Below, piece after piece: positions 53,151 through 64,000 of a DNA stretch of 64,000 nucleotides. The DNA is from Seison nebaliae. Lineage: Eukaryota. The first letter of the stretch is position 1. Each line of letters starts with the position of its first letter. Where the stretch lies: contig JALJEE010002436.1 of assembly GCA_023231475.1 (NCBI GenBank), positions 1 through 64,000 of the forward strand, written 5' to 3'. The notes beneath the pieces are model-generated. The model did no database searches. It was not told the DNA's origin and was given only the letters and a program-made list of their open reading frames with translations. Made by a program: the position numbers and the translations under genes.

Positions 53151-56100
53151 TTATTTCTTCTTTACTAAACCAGTTTTAGGACGATTAGCCTCATCGACAT
53201 ATTTTGTGTTTGTCGGTGTTTTCGATCGAGGAATATTCCTTTTTTTTTTTTCAAATAAAATTTCTATTAAATTTTTTGAGAAACTAAATGAAAACTTTAT
53301 AATCGCCGTTTGTTCATGTCGATCAATTCGAATTTTATTTGAAAATCGAATAATATGGAACGGTGTCATTTGTTCGACACCTTTCAATTTGTCTACGATA
53401 CTCATTTTCTTGTGTTTGATATCTGGTTGCCAAAGTACACCGGTATAAACAACCAAATCATCTACAAATAACTATAATAATTAAAATTGAATAAAATAAA
53501 ATCATCTAAAAAATTAAACTGCAAATTCTTTCACTGATCGTTTCACGTCCTTTGTATAATTCCAAATTTTCATCATTCCTACTCGTATCGGATCATCAAA
53601 TCTAATCTGAACTCGATTAATCAGATCCTCTTTGATCGGTGCCAAGAAAACATTTGAATTTATCTTCTCCTCTTTCATTCCTTGTAATTCATTCAAATCT
53701 TTAAATTCAATTCAATTCAATCAAATTATCAATTGGATAAGAAATTCAAAACTTGAAATCAAATTTTCAGGTTTCCTCATATCAGAAGCTGATACGTCAG
53801 CCATTGTTGGTTGAGCCCAAATATCTTTTATGAGAATAAAATTTCAAAAATAATTAAATAAAAGGGAATTAACTCGATTCTTTTAAATTAAGTTTAAATC
53901 CATTCTCGTCAAAGAATTCAATTCCATTCAATCCAATATAATATGGATCTCCCCATGTGGAATAGAGACGTAATTCATAAATGAATCCATTCGGAATTTT
54001 CAATGGAATACATTCAACCTGAATTTTAGAAGAATTCAAATTAAAAGGATAAATATAAGAAATTTAAAATGAGAACTTCTGATGAATTTCCTTTAATTTT
54101 CTTTGTATATTTTGTATTTTTGGTGGAGAAAAGTTGTTCAGTCAAATTCTTACGATATGCCGAATTGAGATGTAACGTTTGAAAATGATCGACTGAAACT
54201 TCTTCAAGAAAAAATTATTAAAATTTTAATTTTTAAAAGAAAAAACTAACCGACATTCGATGGTGCTCGTCGGACAATGAAACCGTTTGGAGGAGATAAT
54301 TCCTCTTGTTCCATCGTCCAAACATAAAGTGAACGTGCACCAATCCATTTAGCGTCGTCGTTACAACCATCTTCGGAGAATGTTCCGAAATAATTGAGGA
54401 TTTTGATCGCTTTGATATTTTTCATTTCATTAAACTTTATCGTAATTCGTATAGGACATGATGGTGCGACCCATTCCATAATATTATTCGACAATAAACT
54501 AATGGAAATAAAGAAAGGATTTGGAGAAATGGAATTTAAACCTTGAGAAATTTTCGGCGGCTGATATTGGTTCTATAGTAGCAACTGACATATGATTTGT
54601 TTCCGTCTCTCCGGTAATTGGAATGATTTCACCTAATTCATCGATGATTAATAAGGAAGTTAAACCAATATTGGAGATATCGATATTCTCCTTCTCATTC
54701 ACTTCAGTTCGAGTTGATAAACGGTCAGATGTATTCGGCATTTTCCAAGTATCCGTAAAGATGAGAATTAAACCGTCACAAGTGATAATTGTTTCTTTGA
54801 TGGATGATGAGATATTATCTAAATCTTTCGTGGCAACTGATGTATATGGACGAGACTCTTTTTGCTGTTGTTTTGGTATCAAAAGATCATCTTGCATACT
54901 CATCGATTGTTTTAATGATGTCAAAAGATTGATTTGTTGTTCCTCAGATGATGGTTCTTTATACTTGACAAAAATTGAATCATATTTACTCATCAATTCT
55001 AATTTATCTTCATCGATTGTATAAAGAATTGTCTAAAAAAATTTAAGAGAATTTATTTGAATTAAATTGAAACTTCAGCAAAATCATCAATCATTCCTTT
55101 ATTTTTACCTGACGCTCTTAAAATTGTTCCTTTGAAAATGAATTGATCATTCAATTTCATCGTAATGAATTTTGCTCCTCGTTCCGAATGTACTCGAGAT
55201 TTATTGTAATTCTAAAAATTGGAATTTCAAAAAAATATTTAATTGTTTATTCAATTAAATAACGAACCCATATTCGAACCATTGCCAAATGAGTTGGTTG
55301 ATGGAAATTAATTCGAATAAAATGATCGCCGTTTTTCGTGAATGGTGTCAACCACATATGCATATCATCTCTCGTCATATTAATACCATCGAGAAGGTTT
55401 GTTATGATTCGTGGATCTTCTGAATATTCTTCCAAGATGTTGATATCAGCCGGATTGGCGTCAATACTCCGAATTTTCACCGGTTTTCCATCATCAACTG
55501 AAAATATTTCAATTCCATTCAATCCAACATAATATTCGTCTCCCCAAGTTGATTTGATGTTGATTTCCAAAAAATCCCCATATGGTTCATTCGGTAAATC
55601 GAAATCCGTTACTTCTTCATCGTCATTAACTGATGGTGTATCATCGATAATTTTTGTTGATTTTACAGTATCTTCATCTTCTAAAATTCTCGACATTGAT
55701 CTTCGATGATTTCTACATTCTTTCATAATATCTTCTTCTATGGGCACATTTTTTAAACTCTGCCAAAATATAATTTAGATTCATGAAACAAATCAATAAA
55801 GAAATCAATTCGACTAACCATCGATCGACTATTGAGTTGATGTTTCTTGTTGAATGTCTCTAACGATAAGAGTGATCGATTCAACCAATCGACTAATTCT
55901 CCTTTCTTCTTATTATCATTCTTAGTTGATGATTTCATTTCTTTCTCATCTGATTTTCCTGACGAATAATAATTATTGGAATTGATAATGTTATTGGAAG
56001 GAAAGAATTTTAGAAGAGAATTGAAAGAGAATATAATGTGGGAAGAAGAAAAAGAAGAAGAAAACTTTTGTTGTTCATAATCGAATATAAATTTGTTTCT

Positions 56101-57973
56101 GTCTCCTTCAAACTGTCATTAACCGCTGACGATGGTCGATATCGAGAGAATAAATTATCGTTTATCATGTCTTCAATTTCTTTTTGAACTTCCTCCTCTG
56201 CTATTTGAATATGTTCCTCCCTGTTTCGAAGAGTTCAATTGTCGACAATGGAAACTTTAAACGAATAACTTTGGTTCGTCTGACCATGAATCGAATATTA
56301 ATGTATCTGTAACTTGGAACTTCTTTTCCTCATTCGTTTCATCTACAAGAGAAAAAAGGAGATGAATATGAATGAATAAGTAAATATTCGATATCACCAT
56401 AAAAATCGTCATAAAAAAATATTCAAAATATTTAACTGGAAATAGATTTCGTATGATAACGATTATTCCACAAATAAGAACTCATTTCGATTTTTTGGGT
56501 GGAGATAAAATTGATGAGAAACTTCACAACAGAACAGAAGTAATTTAGAAATTATTTTTTGGTCAATCAAATACAAATTGGGACTAGAAGAGAAATATAG
56601 AAAATTCGTTGTCATAACAACGGAAAGACATTAAGAGAAAGAAATTTGATAAAATAATAAGAATAAAGTCCAATATCAACAGAATAGAAATTACGACTAA
56701 ATTAAGTTCCCGGAAACAGGTAGGAGGTTGTCAATAAAATTGATTAATTGATTGATGAAAATTTACTAAACTTTTAGTGCTTAATTTTCTCACCGGAATA
56801 TTTGAGAGAGTTGGTTGGGATAAATCGACAGTTCGATTAGAAATAAAATCGAACGAATTAAATTCTTTCGACGTTTCCATCGAAGTGTTAGAGGAGGAGA
56901 TTGTCGGATTTTTTCGTGACGGTACAGGACTGATCTCAAGTTTCTTTTTATTCTCCTTTTTATTCCGCTTTCTCTCATGTGGCGAATTTTTCATGTTTCT
57001 CTTCTCGTTCAATTCGACGAATGTAAAATTATCTAAATTTGCATTTTTTTCGATTTTCACTTGACGGATGTGAAAGAAGTGTTTGTCTGATTCTTTGAGA
57101 TGTTGATAAAATTCTATGTGAAACTATAAAAGGAAAAGGTTAGAAGGAGAAACAAATAAAAGAATCAACATCTTCTTGAACAAAATTGGTGGATAGTTTA
57201 ACTGCAGAAATTTGATTCAAAACATTTAATGTTCTCTCACCAACACTGTAAATGAGGAAAAAATGAGAAACGATATTTTCACCGAATTTCAATCGTTCCC
57301 ATTTTTTCTTTCTCTTTTTAATATCTGATGTCGTGTCAGATTGATGAAGCATGAAAGAATGTTGCACAGACTGATGGTCATCATCCATCACCATCGTAGT
57401 TCCATTGAAAATCTCTTCCAAATTCAAATTTAAACTTTTCTCAGGTTCTCCTAATATTGTAGATGTCATATCATTTCCAATGTACATAATGGTTAGACGA
57501 CGTCCTTCAACATCGAACAAATTTATTCCGGAAATTTCAATTTCATTCAAGTTATCCGAATGAAATTGTAAAATTATTCCATTTAAATTCTCCCGAACAT
57601 TCACTCTTAACACAAATTTTTTAATAAAAAAAATTATAAAAGAAAAAAACTTTCCTAATTCCTCAATTTTTTCATGAAGAAGACAACAAGAAACTTGTCG
57701 CCCACTATGGATAGTTATCGTTTTATTCAATAGATCATCTTCCCCAATATCATTATCTTCGTCGCCATTCAAATGTTCGTTGAATGATTGACTGATACTC
57801 AACGAATCGTCTAAAATCCCATCGTTTGTACTTTTCAGATATAATTCATCGAACATTTTCTCCAGTTCCTTTTTATGATTCTGAAATAGGTTTCTGATTT
57901 AGTTGGAGGGGAAAATCGAAAATGAAACTTCATCATTCTCAGGATTACTCCATGTCCGCCGTTCTTTCTTCAT
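53151..57973 (-). CDS. KATNIP: Katanin-interacting ciliary protein KATNIP/KIAA0556 (repeated DUF4457-type domains), multi-exon
   Basis: Repeated motifs STWGDEYYVGLNGIEIF, DDMHMWLTPFT, MVRIWNYNKSR, STWGDPYYIGLNGIEF, MKIWNYTK and C-terminal RPKT; the N-terminal exons (56.7-58.0 kb) join in frame but are less certain. Confidence 0.88.
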
Positions 57974-58018
57974 ATGAGAAGTAGTAAAAAAATTTTATTA
58001 TTATATGAAAATTTGGAT

Positions 58019-58032
58019 GTTGCTATGGCAAC
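58019..58032. promoter_or_regulatory. RFX X-box in KATNIP promoter
   Basis: GTTGCTATGGCAAC, one mismatch from the perfect palindrome GTTGCCATGGCAAC, about 45 bp upstream of the KATNIP ATG. Confidence 0.8.
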
Positions 58033-58192
58033 TTGAGGTATTTTATTAAATTCAATGAATAAAACTATTCTACATTTCCGTTAAAATGATTCATTATAAA
58101 AATGAAAGTGAAAATTTAATTTTCACCTAAATAAATGAGGAAAATTCAAGTTAGTTTAATTCAAATTTTGAGCTTCGAACACATAAGCTTGT

Positions 58193-59068
58193 CTAGTCGT
58201 GATAGACCAAATAGACGACGATGGATGTTTGTAAACCAATTGACTTGAAATAATGATTCTTACTAACAAATCTATCTGTGTCTCGATCCCATAAACATTT
58301 TGATGCGAAGAGTATTGTCCGTTTCTGTTCTCCACTCGTCGTCGTCACAAGAACGACAATTTTATAGTTTGTTAAATTCAAAAATAATTTCGCATGTTGT
58401 CGAACGATGTTAGTGATGATGGCGGAGAAGGTAGCGGGTGATTTGTATGATGTGGAAATATATTTAGTGAGATGGTGAAGATAGTTGGATTTATGGAGAT
58501 TCTCAGTTGACATTCTCTTATCTGAAATAAATGATTGTTGAACTGAAGTGAGACTGGCGAACGATTTCGATATTTTACTATAGAATTTCACTTTCTCTTC
58601 ATTGTTGTTCTTCGATCCCGAATCTTTCATACGTTCCAAAGTAGTTAACTGAACTAGAACATCATCCAAATTATCCACAACGAACTGAAGGATAATTTCA
58701 AGTAATTTCATTTTCGGTAAATTCTCAGGAGGCAAATGAGTTTGAGGAAATCTTGCTAATTTACCATAATTAAGTTTCCGATTTTCTCGATGGAGAAATT
58801 GTGGATATTTTTCATAAAAATAAGTCGATTGCAATGAAATGTCTAGAAGGAAATTCGGTTTGTAATGGAATGCCATCACACCGAGAGCATAAGGTCGAAA
58901 ATGACGAGGTTGCTGATTCATCAAAGACAAATTCTCACTACTCAATGAACAATTAGATTGATTCATCATCCCTGATGATTTACATGCATTTGGCAATTTT
59001 ATTCTAACGGAAAATGTTTTCTTTTCTTTCTTCTTACGTTGCCGTTGAATGGAATCGTTTGATGCCAT
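58193..59068 (-). CDS. Tctex1-domain (dynein light chain family) protein with long N-terminal extension, single exon
   Basis: C-terminal NYKIVVLVT...ILFASKCLWDRDTDRFVS...IVVYLVYHD matches the Tctex-1 domain; first ATG at 59068. Confidence 0.8.
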   Translation of the reverse strand: MASNDSIQRQRKKKEKKTFSVRIKLPNACKSSGMMNQSNCSLSSENLSLMNQQPRHFRPYALGVMAFHYKPNFLLDISLQSTYFYEKYPQFLHRENRKLNYGKLARFPQTHLPPENLPKMKLLEIILQFVVDNLDDVLVQLTTLERMKDSGSKNNNEEKVKFYSKISKSFASLTSVQQSFISDKRMSTENLHKSNYLHHLTKYISTSYKSPATFSAIITNIVRQHAKLFLNLTNYKIVVLVTTTSGEQKRTILFASKCLWDRDTDRFVSKNHYFKSIGLQTSIVVYLVYHD

Positions 59069-59296
59069 ATTGAAAAAATAAGAATGATTTAATGTTCTCT
59101 CTAACTTTTCCTGACGAATAAGAATTGAGTTCGGTTGTTTATTCGAATGAAATAAGCATTTAATCGAACATTTCACGTAAATTTATTTTATGAGAAAAAT
59201 TGCAGGAAAATGTTATGAACTTTCTACTTCATCTATAACGACCTGGAAATGATATTTACGTTCTCCCCTGACAACCTAATATTCTACAAGTGATCA

Positions 59297-59884
59297 TCAT
59301 TCCGACTTCTCAGTCTAATTAATGGAAATGATTGAGAAAAAAAAAACTTAAAATTTCTAACTAATGAAATGTTGTCCAATTCACTCAATGATTTCTTTAA
59401 AAAAAATAATTAACATCATAAACTTCAAAAATACGGAAGAAAAAATCTTTTCTAACATTTCCAAAAATCTTTTCGTAACTTGACAATTTGTCGCTATCCA
59501 CATTAGTGATGGGACAATTATTATCCATTATCCTATCGAATAAACTGAGAAATCGTTTCACTATTTTCTTGTTCGAATCTTCAGTTTGTTTACCTACCAA
59601 ATAGTTTATAATGTGCCAATAATTAGAAACAATTCATTTGAACAATATTAAATGGAGAGAGACTAACAAATGAACTCGAAGAACGGTCTCATAACAGTAA
59701 TCGAATGAAATAAATCATCTCGTTCGCTTTTCACTTTAATTGTTTCGACATAATTCCAAAACATTTCGTAATCTTCTCCTTTCTCCAATTTTCGCTTACG
59801 AATGCGAGAGCTCTTCGTCCTAAGAATGTTACGTATGGAACTAAATCGATGTAACAAAGGTCGTTTTGGTACTGCCTCACTCAT
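59297..59884 (-). CDS. Small orphan protein, 4 exons
   Basis: ORFs 59663-59911 and 59397-59600 and two short exons join in frame through three GTTAG...AG introns; no homology recognised. Confidence 0.5.
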
Positions 59885-61305
59885 TTTCTTAACGAGACGA
59901 TAAGAGAACAAACAAAAATGAAATTGAAGAAAATGATTGAAAAAAAGTCTTCTTGAATTGGATTCAATTTAATACAACTGGTTTTTCCTCACCATAACAT
60001 GAAAATTAAAAGAAAATCGATTTTATTTAATAAAATAAGAAAAAATTTAATGTTTATTCCAAATTCAAATTTTTTCAACAATATTTCCCAAACACAATTA
60101 ATGTTGGTTTCGTATCCAAACATTCAGATTCAAATTCAGTGTATTTCTCTCCAGTCGATTTGAGAATTTAATGTATTTCAACTGCTTAATCTCCAAATTT
60201 ATCATAATAAATCGTCTCTCAATTTAATTGTCATTATTTTTTAGTCTTCTAATTTCAAATACTCTTCACCTTCCAAATTTAATCAGAGGAGAGATATCGG
60301 GAAAAACTTATTCCTCCATTTAATATTACTTCATAATGAAAGAAAAAAGAATGTGAAAAACACATCACATCTCGTCTCAGTATTCTCTACTATTTTTATA
60401 AGAATGAATTAATTAAATTATTGTGCCGACTAACACTCGACGAGTGGCATATATAATGGATAAGGAATAATGTTCAGTAAACACAAAACGTTAAAGATCA
60501 TTGTGGAAAGATCTGGATGTACAAGAAAATGTCAGAGAAAAGACTAATAAATGTGAAAATCGTATAAAAAGAAAGGAAGCGTCATCAAAATGAAATGAAA
60601 TTAAAAAAAAAACGATTCCTGAAAATGAGAAATCTCAAATGTGATTTAAATATAAAATGTCTGGAAATTAATGGTATAAAAGGAATAGTGGTGGTAGACA
60701 GCTACAAATGATTCAACTGATAAGTTTCGCTTCTCAAACTGAAAGAAAATTAATTAAAATTTAACTAAAATATTCTCGATCTCCTCTCTTTGACACATAC
60801 ATGACTGTAGATTGGTGTTGAATCATATATACACCTGACGCTGATTTATAGGAACTGAATGATATGAAGATGTCTTGCCTTTACTCGTCTGTCTTGCCTT
60901 GGTCACATCTTTATAAGATCTTGATGAGAACATAATCGACTGGTAAGTCAATCAGAACTTTACTGCTAATTGGGAGTTGATGACATACTTAGTCTTGGAA
61001 TACATGGATGAGAAAGAATGACATTATATTCTCTTATCGGGATTTTGTATCTTTACAAACAATAGATCCTTCTCATATCAATCTCCTCCATATCATCATC
61101 ATCATCATCAAGAAATTATTGAGATTCACTTTCCATTCGATCATTCAGTCATTCATTCATTATCAGAGAGATCAATCTTCTTTCTTAATATTCCTGACGT
61201 TCTTTTTCTTTCTCGACTTTACAACAAACTTGCTCAACTGCTGCTGCTGCTACAAAGTACACTTTTCCATTTATACTTAGCTTCCTTCACAAACTGACAG
61301 ACCTG

Positions 61306-62993
61306 TTATTGTCTGATCGGGTAATTGGTGGAGCTCATATTACTACTTCCTCCATTTTCACCACCTCCGTATTGACTATCTGTAAAATGGAATAAAAATA
61401 AAATTAATAAATTTTCTTATTAAATTTCATGATCAATCAATTAATCGTTGTTATCAGGGTTAAAAAGCTCTATAATTCTAAATTCATCATTATTTCTTTC
61501 TGTGATTTGAATTATTTCTCATCATAATCAAAATTTTCAATTTCATTAATAAATCAAATTAAATCTACTAACTATATGGTGTCATTCTGCTTGTGTATGA
61601 ATTGTTTCGGAAAGCGCCACCTCCACCACTTCCACCAGTTGATGCTCCTGAAGCCCCGTTACTTCCATTTCCACTTCCACCTGAATATGTGTAATCATAA
61701 GCATTATTATAACTATCATCTAAAATGAGGAGAAATGATAAAAGAAATCAAATGGAAAATATTACAAACATCGATAATTATTTCTGTGATAACCCGAATA
61801 ATTTGAATTGCGTCCTCCACCGACACCACCTGATCCACTTCCACCACCACCGCCTCCCATCGCGTTATTATTATTCTGATAATCACAATGGAAATTACCA
61901 CCACGATAACCGCCAGTACTTTCATTGAATGAATTAGCACTTCGTGCTTGTCCTTGATTGTAACTGTCGTAACCATAAGGTGGTGGTCCGCCACTTGGCA
62001 TTTGATTGTCGTATGATGCATAATGTCCTTCATTCATCGGATAATTCCTTCCCATATTATTATTACGTCCTTGCATTCCCCCTCCATATGGTGGCATATT
62101 TCCACCAAAACTTCTTTCATTATGTCGACCATTCTGACCGGGAGCGGCCATTTTACGGAAACGATTATATGGCATATCTTTCGGAATGGCTTTCTTCACA
62201 TCCAAATCGATACTTTTAATTCGATGATGTTTTTCTAAAATAATCTTATCTACTGGATCATAATCGCTATATGTGACAAATCCAAATCCTCGAGGTTTTC
62301 TCGTCTCTTTATCCGTCATCAAAACACAATCCAAAATTTCTCCATATTGATTGAAATATTGTCGAAGATCCTCCTCACTGATACCTTCCTTTATTCCTCC
62401 AATGAACAATTTCTTCACTGTCATTTGTACTTCAGGTCGACCACTCTCTTCACGTGGCATAGCTCGTTTCGGTTCCACTTCTCTCCCATCGATGATATGT
62501 GGACGACTCTTCATCAAAGCATCAACCATCGTTGATCGAGAATATGTGACAAATCCGAATCCTCTAGATCGTTTCGTATGACTATCCTTCATTACAACAC
62601 AATCTACCAAACTTCCATATTTCTCGAAATGACTTCTCAATGTATTGTCGTCAGTGCGGAAGTTCAATCCTCCAATGAACACTTTACGAAATTGTTCTGG
62701 TTCATCCTGAGAAGAAATCGATTAAAATTAATTTTAAATTTAATACAAACCATCTCTTCCGATTTCCTCAAATCATTACTATTATTATTGTTGTGGTTGG
62801 GATTGGCAACGACGACTGGATGGACAACGGGATTGTCGTTCGGCATATTGCTGCCGGAAACATCTAACGAGTTGTTCATATTCGCTTCGTTCTTAACTTC
62901 CATATTCGACATATTATTTCGTTCTACTGTTGGTAAGTTTGAATATTCTCCCTCGCCCTGAATATTATTATTAATATTATCTCCTGAAATCAT
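61306..62993 (-). CDS. hnRNP A/B family protein (A1/A2B1/A3-like; two RRMs plus Gly/Tyr/Asn-rich tail), 4 coding exons
   Basis: DEPEQFRKVFIGGL, KRSRGFGFVTY, RPHIIDGREVEPKRA, VKKLFIGGI, RGFGFVTYSDYDPVDKI; three GTT introns. Confidence 0.95.
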
Positions 62994-63848
62994 CTCTTTT
63001 CAACTTATTTGCTGCGTATCTATAAATTCTTCTCCTTCTACGATCTATATATAATATATCTAATATACGATTACTCGATCTCTTCATTATTCAGAAAATA
63101 CACCTATCATCTCTCTCCCCTCTCCCACAATGTATTATTTATGTGCATTCTTCATTACATGTAGGTACACGATGATGCACCCTTCACCAAACAAACATAT
63201 CAACTTCGGTACAGTTGTACGTGGACAAAAAAAAACATTCCATCAATCCAACTTGTACATGCGAAATTTGATTGGGACAGCGGGAAAAAAGAGAAAGAAA
63301 CAATATATTTCATATGTACCTTCAATACTAATGTATGTACATTCACTTTCTACAACGAGATATTCATGCGAGATATTCAAACAAGCCCTCTCATATCTTA
63401 TCTTATTCGACGTACATGTGTTCTACATTCGCTAATTCGATCACATCGACATCTCTCTCAAACACAAATGAAAATAGGCAGACACAATCAGAAATGAGTA
63501 CAAGATATAACTAAAGTAATAGAGGACAAGAAAATGTTATTTAATGTATCGTGATGGATCGTCCAATAAACAACACGAGTATTCATGGATGAATTTCCAT
63601 TTAAAAATATTTGCAGAATGAGAAAATATAATTTTTGCTAAATAATCAAATTCAAATGTCAAGCTTCACATTGTAATTTGCATGTTATTCGAATCAATTC
63701 ATTTTATTCTCTAATAAACGTTTTTTACCTTTCTTTAAGTATAAAAAATAAAAATGAACATTTAAATTTTTGGCTTTTAATCGAAAATTCAAAAATTTTA
63801 AATTTCTCCATACACAACTTTACATAATATTCTAAAATTTTTTACGGT

Positions 63849-64000
63849 ATGGCATCGAAGAAGATTCGCAGTGAATATAATTTGAATGAATTGAATAAAA
63901 TGGCGAATGAAGTTTGAATTGATCGGATCCGTTCTCCTATAGTGGAATTTGCAGGAAGTTCAATGTTCATTTGAAGGATATGATATTACAGCTGACGATC
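63849..64000 (+). CDS. BCCIP: 5' part of probable BCCIP (BRCA2/CDKN1A-interacting protein, Bcp1 family), truncated by window end
   Basis: MASKKIRSEYNLNELNKMANE joined by a 43-nt GTTTGA...CAG intron (63912-63954) to EVQCSFEGYDITADD, resembling the BCCIP EEVNxEFEAYxxxDxD motif; only 36 codons visible. Confidence 0.55.

Noticed and set aside
1338..63954. Stop-codon reassignment or frameshifting as the cause of fragmented ORFs
   Set aside because: The breaks I traced in conserved genes are explained by short GT...AG introns, and TAA, TAG and TGA all terminate genes at family-appropriate positions.
1..64000. Prokaryotic systems (CRISPR arrays, defence operons), rRNA or tRNA genes
   Set aside because: The sequence is intron-rich eukaryotic DNA; I saw no regularly spaced repeats, cloverleaf structures or rRNA-like segments.

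Overview
AT-rich, gene-dense nuclear DNA from an animal (metazoan genes such as CABLES, KATNIP, PDHX, tetraspanins and an Ig-domain protein; standard code, with TAA, TAG and TGA all used as stops). A compact-genome invertebrate such as a rotifer relative is plausible but not provable here. About 22 protein-coding genes were reconstructed by hand across mostly 41-60 nt introns. They include a GPAT3/4-type acyltransferase, SPF27/BCAS2, MRPL27, MRPS21 (absent from the ORF track), two tetraspanin paralogues, PDHX, PUS1, CABLES, EXOC1, PARG, KATNIP, a Tctex1-domain protein, hnRNP A/B, the start of a probable BCCIP, and several orphans. The most striking signal is in the splicing code. In 11 conserved genes, 59 of 63 introns I could fix by reading frame and homology begin GTT rather than GTR, +5 G is present in only about a quarter, and many acceptors are AAG and/or lack a polypyrimidine tract. 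Two same-strand gene pairs have an operon-like junction (AATAAA in the last codons, then an unpaired acceptor about 35 nt later). Also seen: RFX X-boxes at KATNIP and clustered upstream of an orphan, a 226-nt AG-exclusion zone before an alternative last exon, and a SIM-like repeat tail on SPF27. No rRNA, tRNA, CRISPR array or intact transposon was found. All gene models are manual and unverified by transcripts.
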